Virus record (IMG/VR): IMGVR_UViG_3300034178_000025
Source of the DNA: an uncultured virus (IMG/VR IMGVR_UViG_3300034178_000025)
Lineage: Duplodnaviria > Heunggongvirae > Uroviricota > Caudoviricetes
Length of the DNA stretch: 64,000 nucleotides
Reading direction: 5' to 3' (one strand)
The translations under genes were made by a program, and so were the position numbers. Positions 17,991 through 27,870 of the stretch are shown here, piece by piece. Position 1 is the stretch's first letter, and each line of letters opens with the position of its first letter. The notes beneath the pieces were generated by a model. It did not search any database. It was given only the letters and a program-made list of their open reading frames with translations, and was not told where the DNA came from.

Positions 17991-18413
17991 ATGGCGCGGA
18001 ATACTGCTGATGCCTGCATGTTTTGTACGCAGAACCCCTGCAAGTGTGGCAAGCCAGCTCGGCCAGCAAAAGCTGCACCCAGAAGAACTACACAAGCCAC
18101 ACCGGCTCCGTCGCGTGTCGAGGCCACGCTTGATGGAGCGCCTAGCGAGGTTGGGTCGTCTACAGTAGGGACATCTGCTGTAGGCCCTGCTGCTACCCCC
18201 TCAGTACAGGGTAGACCCAACCTCGCTAGTGTGGAACGGGTACGAGATCAAGACGCAGAAGCACTGGCGTATGCTATTACTTGCTTTGCCGAGAAGGACA
18301 TGCTGCATCGTGACACACTCGAGGAGTATCGACATCTGATCAGGCTTCCTGATTCAAAGATTCGATCGATGATCTGGAAGCAGGACAATGCCGACTCAGT
18401 TCAACGACAGTAA
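17991..18413 (+). CDS. hypothetical protein, N-terminal CxxCxxxPCxC
   Basis: GGAGGTGG RBS; 140 aa. Confidence 0.7.
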   Translation: MARNTADACMFCTQNPCKCGKPARPAKAAPRRTTQATPAPSRVEATLDGAPSEVGSSTVGTSAVGPAATPSVQGRPNLASVERVRDQDAEALAYAITCFAEKDMLHRDTLEEYRHLIRLPDSKIRSMIWKQDNADSVQRQ

Positions 18414-19428
18414 TCCAACCATCACGGCTGTAGAATACATAAGCAAAGTACGGCACAAGGGCATACCCGACCTCTTTAGATACATCACCGACCAGGGACT
18501 GTGGACGGGGATGGAGTATCCCGAGAGGATGCGGGAGATTCAGGTAGAGAGGATCAGTAATTTCTTCAATGACTCCACTCGTTGGAGGATAGACTTCCAG
18601 TACTTTACTGGGGGCGGTACACCTTACGTGGTAAAGATGGCAGTCGAGATGGTCGGTGACAGCCTGGCCATTAGAAGGCCAACCGAGTTCTCGATCACCA
18701 ATCTGGATTCCGGAGAGACCACCAAACTGGAATTCAGTTCTGACGGTGTCGTAGTCCGTCAGGCAGTGAGCTCGATGCGAGACCTTACTGCGCCTACCCA
18801 GAGAAACCCTGGCCAGGTAGTCTTCCTGGTTGACCGGTGGGTATGCAAGTGCTGGCTGCTTACTGAGAACTGGTGCAGCCACATCGCCTCGTTCTTTGAA
18901 CGCAACGGCGACACAGACAAGATTCGGGAAATCTGTGATATACAGCAACAGCAGATGTGGCGTGGTGATACGCCATCATTGCGTACCCTGAAGTACCCGA
19001 TGGCGCATGGACTCGTGCTTGTTGGCCTAGTCTTGCAGGGATTCCCCGAGAAGGATATCCTCGGCGAGGGTGATGGCATGGTCCACAGTCTAGTCGCTTC
19101 AGAGGACGTCTACCTCTGGCTGGCGGGCGGCGAATCTGGCATGATGCTCATCAGGCAGATAGAGGAGATTGTCAAGGCATCCCCTCGGTATGAATTCTGG
19201 CACGAGGCAGCATTCATGCTGAAGCGATTCAGGAAGTGTCTAAACTCCAGGCACAACGTAAATGATACAAGAAACTTCTTGGATCAGTGTCGCGATACTG
19301 AAGGAGATCACGACAAACTAGAGGACATCGCGTTCATGAACACCTACTACGAGGTGTTTTATGATCGATGCAAATCGTGCTTTGACTTCATGCAGAACGT
19401 AGTAGGGAAGGATGTGCCGCAGTTCTGA
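18388..19428 (+). CDS. SWIM zinc-finger-like protein
   Basis: WVCKC-7aa-CSH fits CxC...CxH. Confidence 0.65.
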   Translation: MPTQFNDSNPTITAVEYISKVRHKGIPDLFRYITDQGLWTGMEYPERMREIQVERISNFFNDSTRWRIDFQYFTGGGTPYVVKMAVEMVGDSLAIRRPTEFSITNLDSGETTKLEFSSDGVVVRQAVSSMRDLTAPTQRNPGQVVFLVDRWVCKCWLLTENWCSHIASFFERNGDTDKIREICDIQQQQMWRGDTPSLRTLKYPMAHGLVLVGLVLQGFPEKDILGEGDGMVHSLVASEDVYLWLAGGESGMMLIRQIEEIVKASPRYEFWHEAAFMLKRFRKCLNSRHNVNDTRNFLDQCRDTEGDHDKLEDIAFMNTYYEVFYDRCKSCFDFMQNVVGKDVPQF

Positions 19429-19673
19429 TGCCACACTACTCAGAAGATAGGTGCTCTGGCTGCGGCAAGCTGTGCAGTCCTGAGCTGTTGACGATCAAGC
19501 GAGCCACCTTTTCTGCGCGTACCGCTTCATCTAAGATCATACGGTCTAGGGTGATGGCGTGGTACTGTGAAGCCTGTCTCGCAATAGACCCAGACTGGAA
19601 CCGCCGAGCCTACTCGAGTCCCGGCATGACGAGCGAGGCACTCGAACGAGTGCGAAATGGAGACGTTATCTAA
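19428..19673 (+). CDS. zinc-ribbon protein
   Basis: CSGC...CEAC; TGATG coupling. Confidence 0.65.
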   Translation: MPHYSEDRCSGCGKLCSPELLTIKRATFSARTASSKIIRSRVMAWYCEACLAIDPDWNRRAYSSPGMTSEALERVRNGDVI

Positions 19674-20197
19674 TGGCTGCATGGACACCTGGATTCCGTC
19701 GCCCCCCGCCCGGACAGAAGTCCAGAGTCGGACAGCACGTGATCGCGATGCTCAACCTGCATCGGCAGAAAGTGGGCATCTACAAGAACCCGTCGCTGGC
19801 ATCCGAGTCGGACGTCGACGACGATACGCCTGTCGAGCCCGGCGACAATATCGTCATCGCCTTCGATAGTGGCTACAAGAAATTCGCAGTCAATCTGTCA
19901 GCCATGACTACCGAGGAGCTGCTCATGTGGCAGCAGGCGATAGGTATCGCCATCGAGTGGGCTGCACCCATCGTCCAAGAGCGGGATCGAGTAGCAAGGG
20001 AGGCTGCCGACAATGGCAACGATATCTTTTACCGCCGCCACCGAGCGGCTCCGAAACTTTCTGTCTTCCAAAGGCAGAGCCGACCACACGCTGAAGGCGT
20101 ACCTGACGGACCTAAAGATGTTCTGGCAGGAGATGGATCTGGACCTGCTGAATCTGGAGGACCTGGAGGATCTGGCGGCCCTGTGGCTGAACACTAA
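19673..20197 (+). CDS. hypothetical protein overlapping the recombinase 5' end
   Basis: TAATG coupling; 174 aa. Confidence 0.6.
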   Translation: MAAWTPGFRRPPPGQKSRVGQHVIAMLNLHRQKVGIYKNPSLASESDVDDDTPVEPGDNIVIAFDSGYKKFAVNLSAMTTEELLMWQQAIGIAIEWAAPIVQERDRVAREAADNGNDIFYRRHRAAPKLSVFQRQSRPHAEGVPDGPKDVLAGDGSGPAESGGPGGSGGPVAEH

Positions 20198-20843
20198 CCG
20201 ACGGGTCGTTGCCCCCAAGACAACGGGGCGTAGGCTGACGGCGATGAAGAATCTGGGGCTTGCCTACAAGCAGGCGGTACTCATCGACTATTCGCCGCCG
20301 ACTGCCGCGCAACCCAAACCGCACCCTCTCCCCGGGGGTTTTGCGGACCTACAGAAACTTCTCGACTCCTGCCACCAAGAAGAACACCGAACCGTGATAG
20401 CCCTCACCGGGCTGGTCGGCGCCCGCATCTCGGAAGCTCGGGAGATTCAGGCGTCAAGCTTCAACATGCACGACAAGACCGTGAGGATCTGGGGTAAGGG
20501 CGACAAAGAAAGAGTTGTCCCGGTCAGTGATATGGCCTGGCGAATCTTGATGCCGACCCTTGTCGATCGCCTCACGACTGGTCATGGTGATGTCCCACTC
20601 GTCAGCATGGGAGACCGCACTGCCCGCGAACTGATCACCCGGCTAGGCGTGCGAGCTCGCATCAATAGATCCATCAGCTCGCACGACCTGCGTGCCACCT
20701 TTGCGACTGAGGCTTACCGTCGCACCAAGGACATTCGAGCAGTCCAGGTATTGCTCGGCCACGCCAGTAGCAAGCAGACCGAGCTTTACATCCTCGTCGA
20801 GGATGACGCGATGCGGGCCGCAGCAAACTTCATGGAGACGTAA
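20013..20843 (+). CDS. tyrosine recombinase/integrase (XerC/D-like)
   Basis: GARISE, GKGDK, HDLR, LGH and TELY catalytic set; GGAGG RBS. Confidence 0.93.
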   Translation: MATISFTAATERLRNFLSSKGRADHTLKAYLTDLKMFWQEMDLDLLNLEDLEDLAALWLNTNRRVVAPKTTGRRLTAMKNLGLAYKQAVLIDYSPPTAAQPKPHPLPGGFADLQKLLDSCHQEEHRTVIALTGLVGARISEAREIQASSFNMHDKTVRIWGKGDKERVVPVSDMAWRILMPTLVDRLTTGHGDVPLVSMGDRTARELITRLGVRARINRSISSHDLRATFATEAYRRTKDIRAVQVLLGHASSKQTELYILVEDDAMRAAANFMET

Positions 20844-21504
20844 TGGTAACTAGACTGTTCGGCATCATCCTGATTATCGGGGGCCTATTCATCTGGGCGA
20901 TGATGCACGTAAGTACCTACAATGGTGTTGGAATCTTTATCGCGCTCTTCGCGATTCTTGTTGGTGCATGGATTGCCCTCAACCCGCCGGACCGTGGGGG
21001 TAGGTAATGATGGGGATAGCCCTTAGAACGTTGGGCACCATGCTTCTGATGGTCGGGCTGGTCATCCTTGTTCTGTTGGCCTCGCAGGGATTCACGCCAT
21101 TCGGCATCTTTGTCGTGTCGGTCTGCTTCGTACTCGGCATTGTGTGTCACGTATCTGCACCGAGAGGAGGAGAGTGATGGACGGAAAGTGGGGATACGTT
21201 GCGGCTATCGGACTGATCGTGGTGATGGGAATCATCACGATTGCTATCGGCCTGGCGATGAGGTAGGCATGGGCAGGTTTACTAGGGCGTACGGTCCCTT
21301 CTGTCGCGAGCCGTACGTCGGCGAGTGCAGGCAGTTCAGCACCGATGGTACGCGACTGGGTGCTGAAATTGCACACGAGTTTTCTACAACCGACGAGGAG
21401 GAGATTAAAGAAACTAACGAAACTGGAACTATCAGAGACAACGTGAAGCGTCTTACCGGAATGGACGCCGAACAGCCCGAGTGGGAATCAACTGATAGCG
21501 AGGC

Positions 21505-22194
21505 ATGGGGCGCGTGGTGACCGAGGTCAAGGCGAAGCCGATCGCCAAGAAGGAAGAGTCGTCTTACCAGTCGGGGTTCTGTACCGTCGGCAGCCACGAG
21601 AACACCCAGAACAAGGGGCCGAGTGGAGCTATCCTGAAGGCGTGCCCTGTCGCTGGTCGCTTCGAGATGTTCGGATACAATCAGCCAATGATCGGCGTCG
21701 CCGAATGCACGTGCTTCTGCCACGTCATGAGTCGACAGATGGAGGAATTGTCTGGCGTGAAGTTTCCCGTCCGATCCTCCATTCGGGACGGCTCGGCGTT
21801 GTCTGGCCTGGGTTTGCTCGGGACCACTAGCCCGTACACGAATACCGGTAAAGCGGCCGTTAGCGACGAAGCTAGCCGCCCTACCGTAGCCGTTGCGTCG
21901 GGCGCCACGTTCGTAGCGACGCCGTCCGGTCGGGCAGCACGTGGTCAACTTGAGGAGCAGGTCCGACACGTCATCTCGGTGCAGGTGAATGCAGGGGGTT
22001 CCGAGATGATCGCCATGCTTGGGCTAATGCCGAGCACCCTCGGCCTGATGATCGATGCAGACGATCCGCCTAGCTCGGGCGCGATCTACGCGGTCTTGAA
22101 GCGCTGGGAGAAGCAGGCGTTGGTGGACCTAGCCGAGTCGCCTTTCAGATTCGTGAGGTTTACCGAACGAGGGACGCGTGATCTGCTGCGATGA
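21505..22194 (+). CDS. hypothetical protein with C-terminal winged-helix-like domain
   Basis: PPSSGAIYAVLKRWEKQALV...FTERG; start uncertain. Confidence 0.7.
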   Translation: MGRVVTEVKAKPIAKKEESSYQSGFCTVGSHENTQNKGPSGAILKACPVAGRFEMFGYNQPMIGVAECTCFCHVMSRQMEELSGVKFPVRSSIRDGSALSGLGLLGTTSPYTNTGKAAVSDEASRPTVAVASGATFVATPSGRAARGQLEEQVRHVISVQVNAGGSEMIAMLGLMPSTLGLMIDADDPPSSGAIYAVLKRWEKQALVDLAESPFRFVRFTERGTRDLLR

Positions 22195-22496
22195 CCCAGC
22201 CTGAGAAGCACGAGAAGATTGAACAGCCCGAGAAGCTGGGCCTGCCGCCCATGCCGTTCTTTTACCATCTGGATCAGGTGGCGGTATTTCTCAACCAGAC
22301 GGTAGAGGATCTGTGTGAGACCAGGATCTTCTTCGCCGGTCGGTCCATTGGTAAGCCAACGATCATGCAACTGAGGGCGGTCAACATTGCCGTTGATCCA
22401 GACGACACACCTGACTGGCGAATCACCCAGGGAGAGCTGATTCGCTGGCTCAAGGTGTTGGGCATTCGGGTTTACTCCCGTGGCCGAGTAGTGTAG
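22191..22496 (+). CDS. small putative DNA-binding protein
   Basis: ATGA coupling; YHLDQVAVFL...WRITQGELIRWL, excisionase-like pattern. Confidence 0.6.
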   Translation: MTQPEKHEKIEQPEKLGLPPMPFFYHLDQVAVFLNQTVEDLCETRIFFAGRSIGKPTIMQLRAVNIAVDPDDTPDWRITQGELIRWLKVLGIRVYSRGRVV

Positions 22497-22524
22497 CTCG
22501 ACCACGCCGATAGAAACTCCCGCC

Positions 22525-22553
22525 TAGACAAATCGGTCATGGTGGGGTAGGGT
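22525..22553 (+). promoter_or_regulatory. promoter TAGACA-17-TAGGGT
   Basis: Same hexamer types as the left-end promoters, upstream of ATG 22579. Confidence 0.55.
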
Positions 22554-22578
22554 ATTACAGTACGAAGGGACGCAAGAC

Positions 22579-23079
22579 ATGACCAACGCACTCAACTCGC
22601 CGAGCCTCCGAAGGACCGCCGCGATGCGGTTCGTGCTCGACGAGATGAACGTCGCCGACCTGATGCAGCGCCTCGAGGAGGCACACGAGATCGTCGGCGG
22701 TCTGGGCGGAACGGCCGAGAAACTGGCCGGCGCCCACCAGGACTACGATATGGCTAAGTCGTACCTCGAAGCGCGACGCGCCGAACTCACTCTCGAGACC
22801 GCCGCGGATGTCCTGGCGGGCGATCCGAAGGCTTCGCAGGCCTCGATCGATCGGGCCGTAAAGGCCGTCCTGGCCACCGACAAGGGGTACCTCGAGAAAG
22901 ACGAACGCGTCCTCGAGGAGAAGAACGACCTCGACGACGCACAGGGCAACCACGACGCAGCCAAGTCCAACCAGCGTACGCTGCTGGCCAAGGCGCAGTT
23001 GACGGCGGCGACCCTGCAGTTCCTGTCGGCCAGCAAGACGGCACGCGCCACGGCGCTGGCGCATCTGGCTGACCTGTAG
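22579..23079 (+). CDS. coiled-coil protein, possibly UvsY-like recombination mediator
   Basis: All-helical 166 aa, strong codon bias; the family guess is weak. Confidence 0.75.
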   Translation: MTNALNSPSLRRTAAMRFVLDEMNVADLMQRLEEAHEIVGGLGGTAEKLAGAHQDYDMAKSYLEARRAELTLETAADVLAGDPKASQASIDRAVKAVLATDKGYLEKDERVLEEKNDLDDAQGNHDAAKSNQRTLLAKAQLTAATLQFLSASKTARATALAHLADL

Positions 23080-23256
23080 TCCACCTTCCTGGTTCAGGAA
23101 GGGGTTGGAAAAGTAGCCCGGGAAACTGGGGTGCGAAGGTAGGGCCGGTTGCGCCTGATCTGATGGCCAAGGTTAACAGTCTGTATTGCGAGACTAACCG
23201 GGAGCGGGAGGGTACCCCGCATCTACCAGAGTTCTACCGGCAACAAGAGGGGCAGC

Positions 23257-24018
23257 ATGAACAAGATCAAGAAGATTCTGGTCAGTGCGGGCTCGGCGCT
23301 CGCACTGATCGCGTCGACCCTGGTGGTCGGCGGTACGCCCGCCCAGGCGGCACTGACGTACCTCTACGCCCAGGGAGCGGAGACTAAGACCGAAACGGGC
23401 GCGGCTGTTCTCATCACGGTGGCGTCGCCGACTGTGACGGCGGGCGACTTCCACTCACTCGCTCAGATGGCCGTCTTCTCGTCCGACCTGCAGCAGGTCG
23501 TGGAGGTCGGCTGGTCGGTCGACCCTGCTACATTCAGCGACAACAACCCCCACCTCTTCGCCACGCGGTGGACCAACGGCGCGTTCGGCGGGTACTCGGA
23601 CACGAGCTGGGTGGACTACGCACCGAACGCTGTAAACAAGGGCGCCAGCCTTGCGCTGGATGTCGGCTCGCTGAAGGCATTCCAGATCTCGTTCGACGGA
23701 TCCAACAACATCTGGGTCTACTACAACGGTGTAGCAGTCGGACACTTCCCGGCGTCTGACTGGACGTCTCCGACCTTCACGACTGGCAGTAAGTGGAAGT
23801 TCTGGGGGGAGGTGGCGGCCAACGTCGCCAGCCCGACAACCCTGATGGGTACTGGTACTTGTTCGGCGGCGGCGGGAGCGGCGAAGTTCTCCAGCGTTAC
23901 GTACGCTGACTCCTCAACTGGAAACCTGTCGTTGTCGGCGACGGACACCAGCAAGTACACAACTACGGCCATCTCCGCCAAGTCGTTCTACTTCGGCGGC
24001 GACGGCTCCTGCCCGTAG
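23257..24018 (+). CDS. secreted neprosin-family (glutamic prolyl) peptidase
   Basis: Signal peptide ending AQA; VEVGWSVDP, IWVYYNG..VGHFP, FWGEV and MGTG motifs with both putative catalytic Glu. Confidence 0.82.
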   Translation: MNKIKKILVSAGSALALIASTLVVGGTPAQAALTYLYAQGAETKTETGAAVLITVASPTVTAGDFHSLAQMAVFSSDLQQVVEVGWSVDPATFSDNNPHLFATRWTNGAFGGYSDTSWVDYAPNAVNKGASLALDVGSLKAFQISFDGSNNIWVYYNGVAVGHFPASDWTSPTFTTGSKWKFWGEVAANVASPTTLMGTGTCSAAAGAAKFSSVTYADSSTGNLSLSATDTSKYTTTAISAKSFYFGGDGSCP

Positions 24019-24141
24019 GTCGTACCTAGCAATAAAGGGCCCGGCGGGTCCAGCTTCATCGCAGCGCCGCCGGGTACGCTAGAAGGTTAGCACAGCACCA
24101 AGGAGTCCATAAGAGTCCATGCGAAGCGAAAAGAGTTCAGC

Positions 24142-25116
24142 ATGACTGCACCGAACCTGCCTGCCAGGGTGACGGAAGAGTACGGCACCGGCCTCGAGGA
24201 CATCGAGGACGAGGTAGGCGCACTACCCCGAATCGGGATCAACCACCCCGGTGGAACCTTCAAGGATACCCTGTCTGGCGAAGAGTTCCCCGAGATCCAC
24301 GGAGTCGCCTTGGGCCTGATCAAGCAGCGGGTCATGTGGGCGCCCGTGGTAGAGGACGGCGCCAAGCCCCTCTGCAAATCGCAGGACGCGACGACCGGGT
24401 ATCCGAACGCTGCAGGCGAGAAGGAAGGCGGGTTCCCCTGGTCGGAGGCCTCCGGTCTGGATCCGAACACGTCGGCCAAGGATGAGCACGGCCGCATCGT
24501 GATCAACTGCGAGGGGTGTCCGTTCAGTGAGTGGATTCCCGACGCAAAGACCGGCAAGCGGAAGCCTCCGCCCTGCAAGGAGCGGCACACCTACCCCATC
24601 ATCTTCAACAGGAGCGGCGGAAATACTTACGAACCGCCGTACATGGAGTCTGGGATCGTCTCGTTCCAGTCCTCGGGCATCGGCCCTTCGAAGAAGTACC
24701 TGTCGGCGTTCGTGCGCAACAAGCGTCCGCTGTACTCGGCGGTCGTGCGCATCACGCTCGACACGAACAAGCGTGGCATGGTGACCTATTCGGTCCCGGC
24801 ATTCGCGAAGATGGCCGAGGTTCCCGAGGACGAATGGGAACTGTACGCCCGGGAGTACGCACCGCTTCGCGATTACCTGCGACAGCCGCCTCGGCCGGGC
24901 GACGACGCCGATCCGCTGAAGGCGCCGCAGCAGACCGCTGCGCAGGCGGCAGCTAACGCGGGGGTGACGCAGGCTACCGTGGTCTCGTCGACCTACTCGA
25001 CGTACGAGTCGCCTGCCACGGCGGCGGTCAATCCGGCCGCAGCAGCTGCATCGGTTCAGGAGTACGTACCTCCGGCGCCGACTGCCGTCCCGGACGACGA
25101 CGAACTCCCCTTCTAG
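24142..25116 (+). CDS. phage single-stranded DNA-binding protein
   Basis: Ends in DDDELPF (SSB tail); Cys motif; replication-module context. Confidence 0.7.
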   Translation: MTAPNLPARVTEEYGTGLEDIEDEVGALPRIGINHPGGTFKDTLSGEEFPEIHGVALGLIKQRVMWAPVVEDGAKPLCKSQDATTGYPNAAGEKEGGFPWSEASGLDPNTSAKDEHGRIVINCEGCPFSEWIPDAKTGKRKPPPCKERHTYPIIFNRSGGNTYEPPYMESGIVSFQSSGIGPSKKYLSAFVRNKRPLYSAVVRITLDTNKRGMVTYSVPAFAKMAEVPEDEWELYAREYAPLRDYLRQPPRPGDDADPLKAPQQTAAQAAANAGVTQATVVSSTYSTYESPATAAVNPAAAAASVQEYVPPAPTAVPDDDELPF

Positions 25117-25125
25117 TTCATCTAC

Positions 25126-25158
25126 GGAGCGCCCTCGTTCGCCCAACGGGGGCGCTCC
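25126..25158 (+). terminator. stem-loop after SSB
   Basis: GGAGCGCCC...GGGCGCTCC. Confidence 0.6.
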
Positions 25159-25175
25159 AATCTTACAGGAGTGAA

Positions 25176-25715
25176 ATGAGCAGCATGTTCTTTCCGATGG
25201 ACCCCGAGGAAGCTCAGCGTCATGTCGAGATGCACCAGATGGCAACCGAATCTGTGACGCACAGTATCCTCTCGTTCATCGAGAACTTGAACGAAGACCA
25301 GCTCGACACGATGTCGAGCATTCTTCTGAGTGTCGGTGGCGAGAACGGTGACCTTCTCGGGGCGCAGCTCAACGGCATGATCCGGCAGATCGTCAAGTTC
25401 AGGTACGGTCGATGCCAGTGCGGCAAGCGTCACGAGTCGCTCGACGGCATCAGCCTGGACGGGACTGCCGTGAGGCCCGAACCGGTTGTGAACGCTGGGC
25501 CGGTCGAGCCACCCCAGCCAGCCGATCCGCTGATTCTGTTGGCTGCGGCATCCGAGAAGGAGGTCAGCTTGCTGAAGCAGTACAACCTGTACAAGCATTC
25601 CAGCGGAAAGTTGACATGCGTCGGCTGCGGTCTGGAATACATCAGCCTGCGGGATCGCATGGTCAAGGAGCCTGACGACTGTCACGGCTGCAAGCTCAAA
25701 GCTGGACACGGATAA
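25176..25715 (+). CDS. Cys-rich hypothetical protein
   Basis: AGGAG RBS; CQCGKRH, CVGC, CHGC. Confidence 0.7.
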   Translation: MSSMFFPMDPEEAQRHVEMHQMATESVTHSILSFIENLNEDQLDTMSSILLSVGGENGDLLGAQLNGMIRQIVKFRYGRCQCGKRHESLDGISLDGTAVRPEPVVNAGPVEPPQPADPLILLAAASEKEVSLLKQYNLYKHSSGKLTCVGCGLEYISLRDRMVKEPDDCHGCKLKAGHG

Positions 25716-25725
25716 GGAGACTGTC

Positions 25726-25938
25726 ATGCCGATCCCACTTCATCTGGCCAATGCTCCCCTCGAGGAATGGCCTGATCTTCTCACGCCAACCGAAGTTTCA
25801 CTTATCTTTGGTGTCGATCCGAAGACAGTGACGCGCTGGGCTCAGTCCGGAAGGATTCACGCGACCCGCACCCTGGGTGGACATCGCCGGTTCCCGCGCC
25901 AGGATGTCTGGGACGCCCGAGAGAAGCATAACCCGTGA
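25726..25938 (+). CDS. bldC: BldC-family MerR-like DNA-binding protein
   Basis: LLTPTEVSLIFGVDPKTVTRWAQSGRIHATRTLGGHRRF closely follows the BldC signature LLTPxEVAxxFxVDPKTVTRWAxxGxLxxxRTLGGHRRY. Confidence 0.8.
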   Translation: MPIPLHLANAPLEEWPDLLTPTEVSLIFGVDPKTVTRWAQSGRIHATRTLGGHRRFPRQDVWDAREKHNP

Positions 25939-26246
25939 GCTCGGCAGATGACCCGCTCTTCTATGGCGGCGGACAAGCTACGCCGATCATCTCCGAAGAG
26001 GGGGTGTCGGTACAGTACGTTGCCGAGGGAATCATCTTGGCTAACGAGTTCGAACTGTCTGTCGCCAAACCGGGAGAGTTGGATGCAGCCCAGGACCAGC
26101 CAGCCTGGCTGATCACCTTCAAGGGCAGAGCCAACCTGTCGCGTGAACTTACTGCCGTTACGCTGGTCTGCGATACGGCAATGGCAACCGCGCTGATCAA
26201 GACGATGCGCCTCAAGCTGACACAGTTGCCAATCCAATTCCGCTAG
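25935..26246 (+). CDS. hypothetical protein
   Basis: GTGA coupling, 103 aa. Confidence 0.6.
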   Translation: MSSADDPLFYGGGQATPIISEEGVSVQYVAEGIILANEFELSVAKPGELDAAQDQPAWLITFKGRANLSRELTAVTLVCDTAMATALIKTMRLKLTQLPIQFR

Positions 26247-26254
26247 GGGATTAA

Positions 26255-27742
26255 GTGACTAGCCCATCTCCACCACGCAAGTCACTTGAACCGTTCCTTC
26301 GTGACAGCGTGATGTATTACAACCACCAGATACCCGCCATTCGAAGAATGGCGAAGATGGATTCGTTCCTCTTGGCTGACGACATGGGACTTGGGAAATC
26401 CCTGCAGGCGCTAACCGTGTTCTGCATCGACGTCAAGATGGGCAAGGCCGAGACGATGATCGTAGTGTGCACCACAACGCTACGAGAGAACTGGGTAGAC
26501 GAGATCGAGAAGTTCACTCGACTGCCCTATACCCTGCTGGGCGAGGTGCCGCATCCTACTCGAAAGGGTGAAACAAAAAAGCTAACCCCCGCTGCACGCG
26601 AGGCTCAGCTGATTGATTTCACCCAGCAGGCTGGGCCAAGAATTCTTATCTGTAACTACGAGCAGCTTGTCAACGTACAGCACGCGGTTACCCTGCGGGG
26701 GTTCAGATTCAGTGTTGCACTGTACGACGAGTGCCACTACATCAAGAACGCAAAGGCAAAGCGAACTGTTGCAGCACTGACCATCAGGTCAGGTAGGTCG
26801 TTCATGCTGACCGGCACGCCGATGCTTAATCAGGTGAACGAACTGTGGACGATCCTGCATCGGATTAGCCCTAGGGAGTTCCCGAAGTACTGGACGTTCG
26901 TCAACCGGTACTGCGTATTTGGTGGCTACGAGAATCGTCAGATAATCGGTGTGAAGAACGAAGCCGAATTGAAGAAGATTCTCGGACGCTTCATGATTAG
27001 GCGCCTGAAGAACGACGTGCTGGATCGAGACAAGCCTACCTATATCCAACACAAGGTTGGCCTGTCTGATTTGCAGCGCAAACTCTACGACCAGATAGAG
27101 AACGAGATGTTCCTGCAAGACGGGAACGGAGTCGAACTGGACGTAGAGAATTCGTTGACGAAGTTCCTCAGGCAGAAACAAATCTGCAACACGCCTTACT
27201 CGATCGACAGTAGCCTGCCGGACGACAGTCTCAAGCTTGACCGCGTGATCGAGGTGACTAGCGAAATTTCGGACCAGAACAACAAGTTCGTGCTATTCAC
27301 CCAATTCCGTGGTACAATGGAAGCGGTAACGAACCGGTTCCGTAAAGCTGGACTCACTAGATTCTGGCAGCTCAACGGTGATGTTCCCGCCAAGGAACGC
27401 GTGCCGATCGTAAAGTCTTGGGGAAGCGCAACCGGTGACGGAATACTGCTGTGCATGACCCAGGTTGCTGGCGTTGGACTCAACATGACAGCATCCAGTC
27501 AGTGTGGGTTCATCGACAAGCTGTTCGTACCTGGTCTCAACAGGCAGGCGGTCGACCGACTCGATCGAATCGGTCAGACCGATCCAGTGATGGTGCACGA
27601 GTTCATCACGAAGGGTACCGTGGAGGCTCGTGTAGAAGCCATCCTGTCTTCCAAGGAAGCACTGAGCGAAGACATCATCGAGGGTGGAGTCGGCATGCGC
27701 AAGCTCATCGAACTACTGAAGCAGCAGATGGAGGAAGAGTGA
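26255..27742 (+). CDS. SNF2-family helicase
   Basis: DDMGLGKS, DECH, LTGTP, GVGLN, QAVDRLDRIGQ. Confidence 0.95.
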   Translation: MTSPSPPRKSLEPFLRDSVMYYNHQIPAIRRMAKMDSFLLADDMGLGKSLQALTVFCIDVKMGKAETMIVVCTTTLRENWVDEIEKFTRLPYTLLGEVPHPTRKGETKKLTPAAREAQLIDFTQQAGPRILICNYEQLVNVQHAVTLRGFRFSVALYDECHYIKNAKAKRTVAALTIRSGRSFMLTGTPMLNQVNELWTILHRISPREFPKYWTFVNRYCVFGGYENRQIIGVKNEAELKKILGRFMIRRLKNDVLDRDKPTYIQHKVGLSDLQRKLYDQIENEMFLQDGNGVELDVENSLTKFLRQKQICNTPYSIDSSLPDDSLKLDRVIEVTSEISDQNNKFVLFTQFRGTMEAVTNRFRKAGLTRFWQLNGDVPAKERVPIVKSWGSATGDGILLCMTQVAGVGLNMTASSQCGFIDKLFVPGLNRQAVDRLDRIGQTDPVMVHEFITKGTVEARVEAILSSKEALSEDIIEGGVGMRKLIELLKQQMEEE

Positions 27743-27870
27743 TCTGCAATCCGTGCAGTAAGGGTCACCACAAAGCGTGCAAGAAGCGCAACGAAGGAAA
27801 GCAAGGACTCTTCTGCGACTGCCAGCACCGCAAGCCCAAGGGAAAAACAAATGGAGACACCGACAGCTAA
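27739..27870 (+). CDS. small Cys/His-rich protein
   Basis: GGAGG RBS, GTGA coupling, CNPC..HHKAC..CDCQH. Confidence 0.55.
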   Translation: MICNPCSKGHHKACKKRNEGKQGLFCDCQHRKPKGKTNGDTDS

